NCBI GenBank assembly: GCA_945870505.1
Contig: CAMBSN010000002.1
Coordinates: 10,366 to 74,365, forward strand
DNA length: 64,000 bases
Reading direction: 5' to 3'
Source: Candidatus Kuenenia stuttgartensis
Lineage (GTDB): Bacteria > Planctomycetota > Planctomycetia > Pirellulales > UBA1268
In this document: piece by piece, positions 18,768 through 27,587 of the stretch
Position numbering within the stretch: the first letter of the stretch is position 1
Layout of the letters: every line of letters begins with the position of its first letter
Notes under the pieces: model-generated
What the model saw: only the letters and a program-made list of their open reading frames with translations
Databases searched by the model: none
Told to the model about the DNA's origin: nothing
Made by a program: the position numbers and the translations under genes

Positions 18768-19843
18768 TGGTGAGGCGCACGATCCTCGGCATCGCGATGG
18801 TCGCGGCGGCGATGACGGCCCGCGGGCAGGGGCCGGTCGTCCGCTATGGCGATCCGGTGCCCCGCGATGTCCGCGAGATGTACGACGCCGGGTTGCGGTA
18901 TCTCATCAAGACGCAGGACGACAGCGGCGCGTGGAAGGACGGCCAGGCCGGCCCCGGCGTGACCGGCATGGCGGTGATGGCGCTGCTCGCCTCGGGCGAG
19001 GATCCCAACCACGGACCCTACCGGGTGCCGATCCGCAAGGCGCTGCGGAGCATGATCGTGTCGCAGAACGCCGAGACGGGCTTCCTCGGGTCGGGCCAGG
19101 GGCAAGACAGCATGTACCAGCACGGGTTCGGCATGCTGGCCCTCTCCGAGGCCTATGGCACTGTCGACGACCGTACACTGTGGACGGAGGCCTCGGCCGG
19201 CGGGCAGAAGGGTCGGCCGATCGGCCAGTCGCTCGAACTGGCGGTGCGGTGTGCGGTGACGAGCGCGAAAAACAACCCGCACGGTGCCTGGCGGTATTCA
19301 CCAGATGCCAAGGACGCCGACACGTCGGTGAGCGGCGCGGTCTTGATGGGCCTGCTCGGGGCGCGCAATGCCGGCCTCGAGGTGCCCGATGAGACGATCG
19401 ACAAGGCGATCAAGTACTACGCCTCCATGACCGGCCCCAACGGCCAGTTCGGCTACTCCGGCGGCCCGGGCGGCGGCAGTGATGCCGTCACGAGCATCGG
19501 CGTCCTGGTGATGGCGATCGCCCGACAGAAGGCACTGCCCCAATACGTCAAGTCGGCAACGTATCTCAAGGGTCGATCGCTCGGCAACGAGCAGGGGGGC
19601 GCGGAGGGCTATCCGACCTACACCCGCTACTACCGGGCGCAGGCGCTCTTTCAGGCCGACGTCGCCGTGTGGGAGAAGTGGAACGCCGGTCTCGTGAAGG
19701 AAATGAAGGCGATGCAGGCCAAGGACGGCAGTTTTGCGGGGTTCGCCGGCCGTGGCGGCGGGTTTGGCGGCACCGTCGACACGTCGCTGGCGCTGTTGTC
19801 GCTCGCGGTCAACTACAAGTTCCTCCCGGTGTACGAACGATGA
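18764..19843 (+). CDS. Secreted prenyltransferase/squalene-oxidase-repeat (alpha/alpha-toroid) protein
   Basis: It has a signal peptide and repeated Q..DG.W-type motifs (KTQDDSGAWKDG, NPHGAWRYS, GPNGQFGYS, QAKDGSFAG). Its ATGA overlaps the upstream stop. Confidence 0.75.
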   Translation: MMVRRTILGIAMVAAAMTARGQGPVVRYGDPVPRDVREMYDAGLRYLIKTQDDSGAWKDGQAGPGVTGMAVMALLASGEDPNHGPYRVPIRKALRSMIVSQNAETGFLGSGQGQDSMYQHGFGMLALSEAYGTVDDRTLWTEASAGGQKGRPIGQSLELAVRCAVTSAKNNPHGAWRYSPDAKDADTSVSGAVLMGLLGARNAGLEVPDETIDKAIKYYASMTGPNGQFGYSGGPGGGSDAVTSIGVLVMAIARQKALPQYVKSATYLKGRSLGNEQGGAEGYPTYTRYYRAQALFQADVAVWEKWNAGLVKEMKAMQAKDGSFAGFAGRGGGFGGTVDTSLALLSLAVNYKFLPVYER

Positions 19844-20871
19844 GACGTGCCGTCACGACCCGCTGGTGGAGGAGTTTCTCGGCGGTGATCGCCGCGGCGG
19901 TGATCGCATCGGCCGCGATGGGCGATCAGGAAAAAACCTTCAACCAGCCGAACGATGAGGCCATCGAGGAGTTCGTGCCAGACAATAATGAAGAGCTCGT
20001 GATCGACCTGCAGGCGGAGGCGAGAATCGAGAATGGTCCGCAGCCTACGCCCGCGGCCCCCGTCGGCGGATTCCTCGGACTGGGCCTGCGGGCGATGTTC
20101 AATGCGATCGCGCCTCAGCCCCAACTGGACCAGCAGGCGATTCCTGCCAATGAAGCCGAGGACGGCGAGATGCCCAAGGACCCGGCGCAGGCCCAGTTGT
20201 GGCAGCAGCGGAAGCAGATTCGCCAGCAGGCCAAGCACATGGAGCAGCTCTTTCAGCCGGTGCTCCGGACCGAGCTCGAGATGGTCCGCCAAGCCTGCCC
20301 AAAACTTTCTCCGGAGGCGCGACAGGAGGTGCTCGCGGCCGGTCGGGCGGCGGTGACGAAGACGGCGCTCGAGTTTGCGACCCGGCAGATGCTCGGCGGT
20401 CAGCCCCGGCGGGCCTTCGACGCCCGGCGAAGCATTCAGCTCCCCATCGCCGAAACTCTCGAGCCGCACGCCTCCGCCGAACAGGTGGCCGCCTACAATC
20501 GCGAGCAGGCGGCGCGGATGGCCCGCCGCGCCGAGGCTGCCCGCGTGGCGATCATCGCCAAGCTCGATCGGCAGCTCGACCTCTCGGCGGCGCAGCGGCG
20601 GGCGATCGAAGACGACCTCGCAGCCCGCTGGGAAGAAGCCTGGCTCCGCGAACTTGATGACACGGGCATGGTGATCAACAACTTCCGGCCTGCGCCCGAC
20701 TACGCCAACGGCTGTATCGAGCCGCACCTCGACGACGCTCAGCGGGATGAGTGGATGCAGTGGCGAAAGGCCGCTGGCATGGCGGTGGTCGGCAGGCACG
20801 TCGGCTGGAACTTCGATGGCCAAGGACTCCACCAGGAGGACGACTGGTGGACGCAGGGAGACTCGCCATGA
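19840..20871 (+). CDS. Secreted alpha-helical protein of unknown function with L[STD]xxQ motifs
   Basis: It has a signal peptide (RSFSAVIAAAVIASAAMG) and is helical and charged. It contains LSAAQRRAIEDDL and LDDAQRDEWMQW. ATGA overlaps occur at both ends. Confidence 0.55.
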   Translation: MRRAVTTRWWRSFSAVIAAAVIASAAMGDQEKTFNQPNDEAIEEFVPDNNEELVIDLQAEARIENGPQPTPAAPVGGFLGLGLRAMFNAIAPQPQLDQQAIPANEAEDGEMPKDPAQAQLWQQRKQIRQQAKHMEQLFQPVLRTELEMVRQACPKLSPEARQEVLAAGRAAVTKTALEFATRQMLGGQPRRAFDARRSIQLPIAETLEPHASAEQVAAYNREQAARMARRAEAARVAIIAKLDRQLDLSAAQRRAIEDDLAARWEEAWLRELDDTGMVINNFRPAPDYANGCIEPHLDDAQRDEWMQWRKAAGMAVVGRHVGWNFDGQGLHQEDDWWTQGDSP

Positions 20872-21890
20872 GACGTGTGCGGCGACTCTGGGAATGCGCG
20901 GCGCTGGTTCTCGTCGGCGCGCCGGCGTGGGCTGAGGACGATCGTGTCATCGAGGAGCCGCCCACGCCGCAGGCCCAGGGAGAGCAGCAGCACCTCATCG
21001 ATCTCGGCACCAACTTCGACGCCAACCTCTTCGAGCAGCAGGGCAACGGCTGGGTGCTCCGCGGCAATGCGAATATCGTGATGCCGCAAGGGCAGTTGAT
21101 TCTCAATGGTCGCCGCATGATCCTCCCGGGTGGGATCGCCGTCGCCGAGGAGCAGTCGCCCGAATCGCCGACGTTCTCCCGGGCGCGAATCCTCGGCGAG
21201 AAGCGACTCGAGCGGATCGCCGCGTCCTGTGACCTGACCGATCCCCAGCGGCGGAAGCTCCGCCTGGCGATGGAATCCGACATCCGCCGGTTTGCCGCCG
21301 TTGTCGACGCCACGCGGGCGAAGTACGCCGGTGTCAGGGTGAACCTCAACGATCAGGAAGGCCAGAAGAAGTGGCACCAGTTCCAGCAGGACGTGCAGGA
21401 GTGTCGGCAGTTCCTGCGGCGGCTGTTCGACTCGGGATCGCTGTTCGCCGCCGCACTGCCCGCGACCCTCGATCCCGCCCAAGTGGCGGGCATCGACGCG
21501 GAGATCAAGGCACGCCGCTCGTTTCGCTGGCGGACCATGGTCGTCTCGACGCTCTCCAAGATGGACGACATGCTCGGCCTGACCCAGGCCCAGCACGACC
21601 TTCTTGCGGAGGCGCTGCTGCGGAACGAGCCAGCCCTGCGGCTCGATGAACTCTCGCCCGAGCAGGAGAATGCTCACCTGCAACTGAACCTCGTCTACAT
21701 GGTTCTCTCCGGGGTCGACCAGGGGCGTCTCAAGAAGGCAACGAGCGAGCGGCAGTGGCGGACGCTGGCCTTGCTCATGAACCAGGGCAAGTCGATGCGA
21801 TCGTGGATCGAGCAGCAGGGCATTCTGGAGACCGGCGAGGCGTCCGCCGCACCGCCGAACGGGGGTGGACGGAGGCCGGTGCGGCCATGA
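20868..21890 (+). CDS. Secreted protein of unknown function with L[TD]xxQ motifs
   Basis: It has a signal peptide (LWECAALVLVGAPAWA). It contains LTDPQRRKLRLAM, LDPAQVAGI and LTQAQHDLLAEAL. ATGA overlaps occur at both ends. Confidence 0.55.
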   Translation: MRRVRRLWECAALVLVGAPAWAEDDRVIEEPPTPQAQGEQQHLIDLGTNFDANLFEQQGNGWVLRGNANIVMPQGQLILNGRRMILPGGIAVAEEQSPESPTFSRARILGEKRLERIAASCDLTDPQRRKLRLAMESDIRRFAAVVDATRAKYAGVRVNLNDQEGQKKWHQFQQDVQECRQFLRRLFDSGSLFAAALPATLDPAQVAGIDAEIKARRSFRWRTMVVSTLSKMDDMLGLTQAQHDLLAEALLRNEPALRLDELSPEQENAHLQLNLVYMVLSGVDQGRLKKATSERQWRTLALLMNQGKSMRSWIEQQGILETGEASAAPPNGGGRRPVRP

Positions 21891-23344
21891 TCCCCGGCGC
21901 ATGCCGCGGTGTGTGGACGTGTCTGGTGATTATCGTCGGGTTGACCAGCCCCGCAGCCGGCGACTCGCCGCCGATCGACCTGGTGCATGACGGGCGACTG
22001 ACGGGTCGCATCCTCGAGACGGACGATCCGGCGGTGGTCCGCGTCGCGGCGGACCTGTTCGCCGAACCGGTCGAGTTCGTGGCCGCGGCGGTGCTGCAAG
22101 ACGGCGAGGCCGCCGACGAACCGCCACAGCTTTCCGGCCTGCCCGGCCGCGTCGGACTCCTGACGTCGGGTGAGACACGGCTGCTCGGCTGCCTGGCGGC
22201 ATGCGCGGATGGCCAGGTCGGCTGGCAGCCGCTCGGCGCGACGCGGCCGGTGGCGTTCGCCGAGAAGAATACCGCCGCCTCGATCGATTATCTCGGGCTC
22301 GATGTCGTTGGTGGCCCGGGCGTCACGCTGACCCGTCAGGGCCGCTCTGGCGACTGGACCGTCGTCGACGTGATCACGGATGGCCCCACAGCCCGCGACG
22401 GCCGGCTTTACGTTGATGATCGGGTGGCGACGATCGCGGAGGGAGCCTTTGGCAGGCCCGTCGACCTGGCGATGGCGAAGGCCGAGTCAGTCAGGCTGCT
22501 CCTCGTCGGTCCGGTCGGCTCGATGGTGCGGCTCGGCGTGGTGCGGGAGGCCGGTACCGAGGAGATCGTACTGGTCCGCGATCTCCAGGGCCGCGATGAC
22601 CTCGCTGGCGCCGCCGCCAAGGACGTGCTCGATCGCGCCCTTGCAGTGCAGCAGACGCTCGGCGGCCACTCGATCCCTCGACCGGCGACGGTGCACCTCA
22701 TCACCGGCGAATCGTTCACGTGCGAGCTGCTTGGCGCGGACGAACGCACGGTCCGGGTCGGTCTTGGCGATCGTGGCGAACTCAGAATCCCTGGCGACAG
22801 CGTGCGGGCCCTCGAGCTCACCTCGGCTGGCGTGCGGCCGATCCTCAAGCAAAAACTCACCCGGCTCCTCACGGTGCCGCGCACACAGCAGGCCTCTCCC
22901 CCCACCCACGTGGTGCGGATGGTGGGGGGCGACTATCTCCGCGGCAGGCTTATCGGCATCGATGCCGAGACCGTTCGCTTCGAAGTGGCCGGCGACATCA
23001 AGTCATTTCCGCGCCGCGACCTCGCCCGGATCATTCGCCTCATGGAGACGGACGAGGCTCCGCCCCGCCTCCGCGCGGCGCTGGCCGACCGCGGCGGGCT
23101 GCCGCTCGTCGTCGTGGGCGGCGACGGTCGGCGGCAGGCGGTCGCGGCCACCGGGATGCGGGCGGATTCCGTCGTCGGCGAGAGTCCGGGCTTCGGGCTG
23201 ACGACCATCCCGCTTACCGGCGCGGCGAAGGTGCTCCTCGGCGAAGCGATCGACGAGGTGTTGGCAGCGGAACTGCCGTATGCCCAGTGGGTGCTCCGTC
23301 CGTCGCCGTCAGCCAAGGCATCCGCCGGCGAACGGAGCCCATGA
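21887..23344 (+). CDS. Secreted PDZ-like domain protein with about five internal repeats of roughly 40 aa
   Basis: It has a signal peptide. The PDZ-like segment is VVDVITDGPTARDGRLYVDDRVATIAEG...VGSMVRLGVVR. Repeated units include TGRILETDDPAVVRV, FTCELLGADERTVRVGL and YLRGRLIGIDAETVRFEV. Confidence 0.6.
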   Translation: MIPGACRGVWTCLVIIVGLTSPAAGDSPPIDLVHDGRLTGRILETDDPAVVRVAADLFAEPVEFVAAAVLQDGEAADEPPQLSGLPGRVGLLTSGETRLLGCLAACADGQVGWQPLGATRPVAFAEKNTAASIDYLGLDVVGGPGVTLTRQGRSGDWTVVDVITDGPTARDGRLYVDDRVATIAEGAFGRPVDLAMAKAESVRLLLVGPVGSMVRLGVVREAGTEEIVLVRDLQGRDDLAGAAAKDVLDRALAVQQTLGGHSIPRPATVHLITGESFTCELLGADERTVRVGLGDRGELRIPGDSVRALELTSAGVRPILKQKLTRLLTVPRTQQASPPTHVVRMVGGDYLRGRLIGIDAETVRFEVAGDIKSFPRRDLARIIRLMETDEAPPRLRAALADRGGLPLVVVGGDGRRQAVAATGMRADSVVGESPGFGLTTIPLTGAAKVLLGEAIDEVLAAELPYAQWVLRPSPSAKASAGERSP

Positions 23345-23347
23345 GTT

Positions 23348-25489
23348 TCAGGCCGCCGGCGTGGGCAGAAGTTCGGGGGCCGTTGGTTCTGACTTCGTGC
23401 CCGGGGCGGCAGGGAGGCTTGCCGGCACTGGTTCGGCCCGGGTGGCCGGGTCGCGGGCCGGAAGTTGCGTGGCCGGTGCATCGGCGCCAAGGTCGGCAAA
23501 GTTTTGCGAGACGGCCCCGCGACTGAAGACTCCCGGCCGCGAGTGGCCGTAGTCGAGATAGAGGCTTGCATCCCGCTGGCGGGCCCGACGGTGGGCGTCG
23601 AAGTAGGCCTTGCCTGGCCACGGCCCTTCGGCGAGGAACACGCCGTTGTATTCCAGCAACGATCCCTTGCGGAAGTGAAGCTGCGAGATCGAGCGGTTGT
23701 AGTCCACGAGCGACCGGTAGTAGGAGCTCTCCGCCTCGGCACGCCGCCGCTGGGCGTCGAGGAGCTGGTCGAGGGTGACGGTGTTGGCGTCGTAGGCGGC
23801 CTGCACGGCCTCCACCTGTCGCTCGGCGGCGACGCGACGATTGAAGTTGGTCTGGGCGAGGGCGAAGTTGGTGTCGACGTTGCGAACCGCCTCGACGAGG
23901 GCGTGCGAGGCCTCGAGCTCTTCGTCTTGAAGTCGGGCCCGTTCGCGGGCGAGCTGCAGCTGGAAGTGCCGAACCGTCGCCAACTCGCGGCGGAAGCCGA
24001 GCGGCATCTGGAACTGAGCCCCCGCCTGCCATTCCTGGAACTGGCCGCTGAACAGGGTCGAGTAGGCGTCGGTGCCGACGAGTGGGTCTGGATTGGCTCC
24101 GCCGTCGGCGTTGTAAGGGTCGTAGTTCTGGTTGATCAGCTGCTCACCCATGCCGAGGAACCGCCAGCGGCCCACCATGTCGAGCCGCGGCAGGATCAGG
24201 TTCTTGGCGGCGACCAGCTCGAGTTCTCGCTGCTTGATCACCCACTTCTGCTTGCGGAGTTCTGCCGACCGAGAGAGTGCTTCGACGAGCGACTGCTGCC
24301 AATCGAAGGAGATCCGGGCCGTCGTCGGCTCATCGGCGGGGCGGATCAGCCGGCCGTCGCTCGCCGAGATCCCCATCATGTATCGCAGCCGGTTTTCGCA
24401 GCGGTAGACGTCGGTGAGGGCCTGCTCCACCTCGCTGCGGAAGAAGAAGTACTGCTCGCGGGCCTGGGCCTCCTTGTCGGCCTCGCCGCCGCGCGACTGC
24501 TCGACGTAGAGGGCGTGGACCTTCCGCCAGGCCTCGAGTGAGCTGTCACGGCCCGCCTTGCGGGCCTCGAGGTTGCGGTAGGCGAAGTAGAGTTCCCAGT
24601 ACGACTGCTCGGTGTCGCTGATGAGGTTGCGGACACCGGCCTCGAAGTCGGCCAGGGAGATATCAGCGTTGATCCGGGCGAGGAGCACGCCGCGGAATAA
24701 CGGTCGGCCGAAGATGTTATCGAACGGGTCCGGACCGGCGATCCGGTTGTAGGTGACGCCGGCGCCCTGGAGGAGCGGCTGGCTGAACGAGAAATCGTAG
24801 TTGGTCGTCCAGGTTGCAGGGACTTCACGAATCGGTGAGTTGTTGTTGTCGTAGATGGTGGAGTTTGAGAAGCCCCACGTGGCACCGGTTGCGCTCCGTT
24901 TCTGGATGCCCGATGTCCAGTTGCCTTGGTCGCCCAGCAACTTCTGCTGGAAGATGAGTGCCCCTGTCGGATTGACGTTTTGCGGCCGGTTCTGTCGCTC
25001 CCAGGTGAGCGAACTGGTGAGCTGGGCGTCGAACAGCGCCAGGGCGGCCTCGACGCCGCGGAACGGCTCGGTCTCGGTGATCGCCGGGTCGTAGATGGTC
25101 GGCGTCTGTTGGGGGCTCGTGAGCAGCGACACGGCCGGCTCGCCGGTCTGCGGGCGGGGGCCACCGAAACTCGCGAACCGGCCGCCGAGATTGCGGAGGA
25201 CCTTGCCGTTTTCGAGCGAGGTGCGGATCGCCTCTTCGAGCGATAGTTCCCAGACGTTGTCGAAGCTCGGGTTCGAGAGCGTCAGCGGCTCGACGGCGCC
25301 GGCTGCTTCATCGAGCGGCGGCTGATCGCTGTCGGGATACTCGAGCTTCTGGATCGAACCCACATAGTGCGATAGGTCGCCGTCTTCAAAGAAGTAGAAC
25401 GGCTGCCGCGGCGCACAGCCGCTCGCGACGAGCGTGAGGCTCGTGACCGCTACCCAGAGTTGTTTTGCGAGTCGTTGCACGGCAGGCAC
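23348..25489 (-). CDS. TolC-family outer-membrane factor, unusually long (713 aa), probable lipoprotein
   Basis: It has a lipobox LVASGC. Two internally similar halves have the coiled-coil and beta pattern of outer-membrane efflux proteins (LEEAIRTSLENG..., LTDVYRCENRLRYMMG, LDQLLDAQRRRAEAESSYYRSLVDYNRSISQLHF). Confidence 0.8.
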   Translation of the reverse strand: MPAVQRLAKQLWVAVTSLTLVASGCAPRQPFYFFEDGDLSHYVGSIQKLEYPDSDQPPLDEAAGAVEPLTLSNPSFDNVWELSLEEAIRTSLENGKVLRNLGGRFASFGGPRPQTGEPAVSLLTSPQQTPTIYDPAITETEPFRGVEAALALFDAQLTSSLTWERQNRPQNVNPTGALIFQQKLLGDQGNWTSGIQKRSATGATWGFSNSTIYDNNNSPIREVPATWTTNYDFSFSQPLLQGAGVTYNRIAGPDPFDNIFGRPLFRGVLLARINADISLADFEAGVRNLISDTEQSYWELYFAYRNLEARKAGRDSSLEAWRKVHALYVEQSRGGEADKEAQAREQYFFFRSEVEQALTDVYRCENRLRYMMGISASDGRLIRPADEPTTARISFDWQQSLVEALSRSAELRKQKWVIKQRELELVAAKNLILPRLDMVGRWRFLGMGEQLINQNYDPYNADGGANPDPLVGTDAYSTLFSGQFQEWQAGAQFQMPLGFRRELATVRHFQLQLARERARLQDEELEASHALVEAVRNVDTNFALAQTNFNRRVAAERQVEAVQAAYDANTVTLDQLLDAQRRRAEAESSYYRSLVDYNRSISQLHFRKGSLLEYNGVFLAEGPWPGKAYFDAHRRARQRDASLYLDYGHSRPGVFSRGAVSQNFADLGADAPATQLPARDPATRAEPVPASLPAAPGTKSEPTAPELLPTPAA

Positions 25490-25736
25490 CGGTGGGGGCC
25501 GGCGGTCTCCGGGTCGAAATCTGTCTCAAAATGCCGCCGCTGCGCCCAAGGGGACTTCGCCGCTGGTGAAAGCGGCGGCTTCCCAACACGTCGCCCCCCG
25601 ACTCCGTGTCCGCACCGCATGCACCGAGGCGCAGCGGCAGCACGTCTGGTATCGGCCGACCTAGCCCGCAAACTTGGAGCAATCGTCAAACTCGACTCGT
25701 GTGCCGGCAGGTTGGGCAAGCCGGGTCAACTGACGA

Positions 25737-26777
25737 TCAGCGGTCGGGCCATCCCGGGGTCACGGAGTCGCTCACGGCTTCTCCATCCCGCCAGACGAAC
25801 CGGGCCGAGACCACTGGAAACCGGGCGATCATGGCCGGGCCGCGTTCGTGCCCCAGCACGCTCGCCGCCGTGGCAACCGCGTCGGCCGTCGTGCAATCGG
25901 GGGCGATCACCGTGACCGCCGCCGGCCCGGCGACGCCAAGGCCTGTTCGTGGATCAACGATGTGGCTGAATCGCCGGCCGTCGATCTCGACGAACTGCCG
26001 CGCGTCGCCAGAGGTGGTGATCGCGGCATTCTCCAGCACGACCACCTGACCGGCTCGGTCGCCCGGCATCGGAGCCACCTCGATCCGCCAGCCGTCGGTT
26101 CCCGGGGGCGCCGCCGAGACGGCCACATCGCCCGACGCGTCGACCATGGCCGAGGCGATGCCGCGGCCGGCGAGCACTGCGAGCACGCGGTCGGCCGCGT
26201 AACCCATGCCGATACCGCCCGGGTCGAGCCGCATGCCGGGCCGCGTCAGCGACACCGTGCGGGCCTCGCGGTCGAGCACGACCGCATCCCCGCCGACGGC
26301 GGCTCGGGCAGCGGCGAGCTTCTCGGGCCGAGGCAGGTGGCCGGAACGGCGCGACTGCCGCCAGAGCGTGGTGAGCGGCCCGACGGTGATGTCGAACGCT
26401 CCGTCGGAGAGCCCGCGGATCTCGTTGGCCCTCGCAAGCATGGCCCAGAGGTCAGCGCCCACGCGGATAGGCTCTGGCGTCGGGGCAGCTACCGACAGCC
26501 GCGAGAGTTCGCTCTCCGGGTCGTAGTCGGAGAGGATGCGTTCGAGCCGCTCAGCCTCCGCGAAGCCCGCGGCGAGCGCCTGCTCGCCGGTCTCCTGGTC
26601 GCGGGCGTGGACCGTGATCGTCCAGGCCACCCCCATCAGCGGCCTGGTGGCGGCGACCCGCACCGTAGTGGCGTCCGCGGCGGTGGGCTGGCCGTGCATG
26701 GCAGTACCGCGACCGCAGCCCGCGCAGGCCAGGACCGCTGCCGCCAGAGCCAGTTCGCGATACACTGCCGTCACCAT
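25737..26777 (-). CDS. apbE: FAD:protein FMN transferase (ApbE family), probable lipoprotein
   Basis: Contains GAFDITVGPL, LDPGGIGMGYAADR and SGD...F..DG..FSHI.DPRTG. The lipobox is LACAGC. The start was chosen at MVTAVYRE. Confidence 0.85.
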   Translation of the reverse strand: MVTAVYRELALAAAVLACAGCGRGTAMHGQPTAADATTVRVAATRPLMGVAWTITVHARDQETGEQALAAGFAEAERLERILSDYDPESELSRLSVAAPTPEPIRVGADLWAMLARANEIRGLSDGAFDITVGPLTTLWRQSRRSGHLPRPEKLAAARAAVGGDAVVLDREARTVSLTRPGMRLDPGGIGMGYAADRVLAVLAGRGIASAMVDASGDVAVSAAPPGTDGWRIEVAPMPGDRAGQVVVLENAAITTSGDARQFVEIDGRRFSHIVDPRTGLGVAGPAAVTVIAPDCTTADAVATAASVLGHERGPAMIARFPVVSARFVWRDGEAVSDSVTPGWPDR

Positions 26778-27267
26778 GAGCGATGCTCCTTCGAGTCCGG
26801 CCGTCACGATCGCCTTTGAGTGCACGCCGCTACGGAGCGTGCCTCGGTTTGACATTCCGCTCGACGCCTCACCGGTCTACCGGGTCAGGCTCGAGCGGAT
26901 GCAGCGGGCCGTGGCCTCTCACGGTACCCGCAACGCCTACTACCTTACCGACGGCGGTTGTACCTTCCGATTCACCAACGATCCCGCCCTGGGCTGGGTG
27001 CGGTTTCGGTTCGAGGGAACGCTGCTCACCGATGACGCTGACGCCCGGACGATCGGCAGCGATCTCGACGTCGCCCTCGATCAGGAAACCTGCGACTGGC
27101 TCACGCAGCCGGCGGTCGAATGGCTCAAGCTGGCGGCGAAGCATGCCGTGGAGATCGAGTTCGACCGCTACATCGCCGCGGGCGATCTCTCCCGGGCGCT
27201 CGAACGGCTCGCCCGCGAGCAGGCCGCCAGCGACGCCGCCGGCGGCTACCTCGGCATGAACCTCTGA
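26776..27267 (+). CDS. Hypothetical protein (163 aa)
   Basis: The sequence composition looks protein-like (MSDAPSSPAVTIAFECTPL...RFRFEGTLLTDD...EIEFDRYIAAGDLSRALERLAREQ). I recognise no motif. Its ATG overlaps the apbE ATG on the opposite strand. Confidence 0.5.
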   Translation: MSDAPSSPAVTIAFECTPLRSVPRFDIPLDASPVYRVRLERMQRAVASHGTRNAYYLTDGGCTFRFTNDPALGWVRFRFEGTLLTDDADARTIGSDLDVALDQETCDWLTQPAVEWLKLAAKHAVEIEFDRYIAAGDLSRALERLAREQAASDAAGGYLGMNL

Positions 27268-27285
27268 TCGGGTTCACACGTGTTC

Positions 27286-27585
27286 CAGAGGCGTTCGCGA
27301 GGCTCTGAGCTGCCCGTGCCATCTCGCCGGACGTTCGCTCCGGGCATCCTGCCCTTCACTCACTCGAAGGAAACCTCGCTTCGCCCTCCAGGCTCCGCTC
27401 GGTTTCCTACGCCGCTCGATTGGCACGGGCAGCCCCTCGCAGCCTCTCGTAGCACAGGTTTTCAACCTGTGTGTCTTCCCCGATCGCATCATCGCTCGCA
27501 TGTGAATCCGGCTGCGGCGGCGCCGGCTTCTCGCGTGACCATGCCCGAGGCCTCACGGCCTTCGGCTTCGACGAACCGTGACACA
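27286..27585 (+). repeat. Family-A intergenic repeat, copy 2 (its 3' tail carries a family-B-like segment)
   Basis: It has arms gctgcccgtgcc (27309..27320) and ggcacgggcagc (27422..27433) and the core ctcgtagcacaggttttcaacctgtgtgtcttccc (27446..27480). The tail cccgaggcctcacggccttcggcttcgacgaaccg (27543..27577) resembles family B. Confidence 0.85.
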
Positions 27586-27587
27586 CG

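Noticed and set aside
19813-21902. Minus-strand ORFs 19813..20832 and 20739..21902 opposite the two LTxxQ-motif genes
   Set aside because: Their composition is Arg/Gly/Pro-rich. The plus-strand frames have signal peptides and helical periodicity and fit the ATGA-coupled operon. I favour the plus strand, but confidence in those two genes is only moderate.
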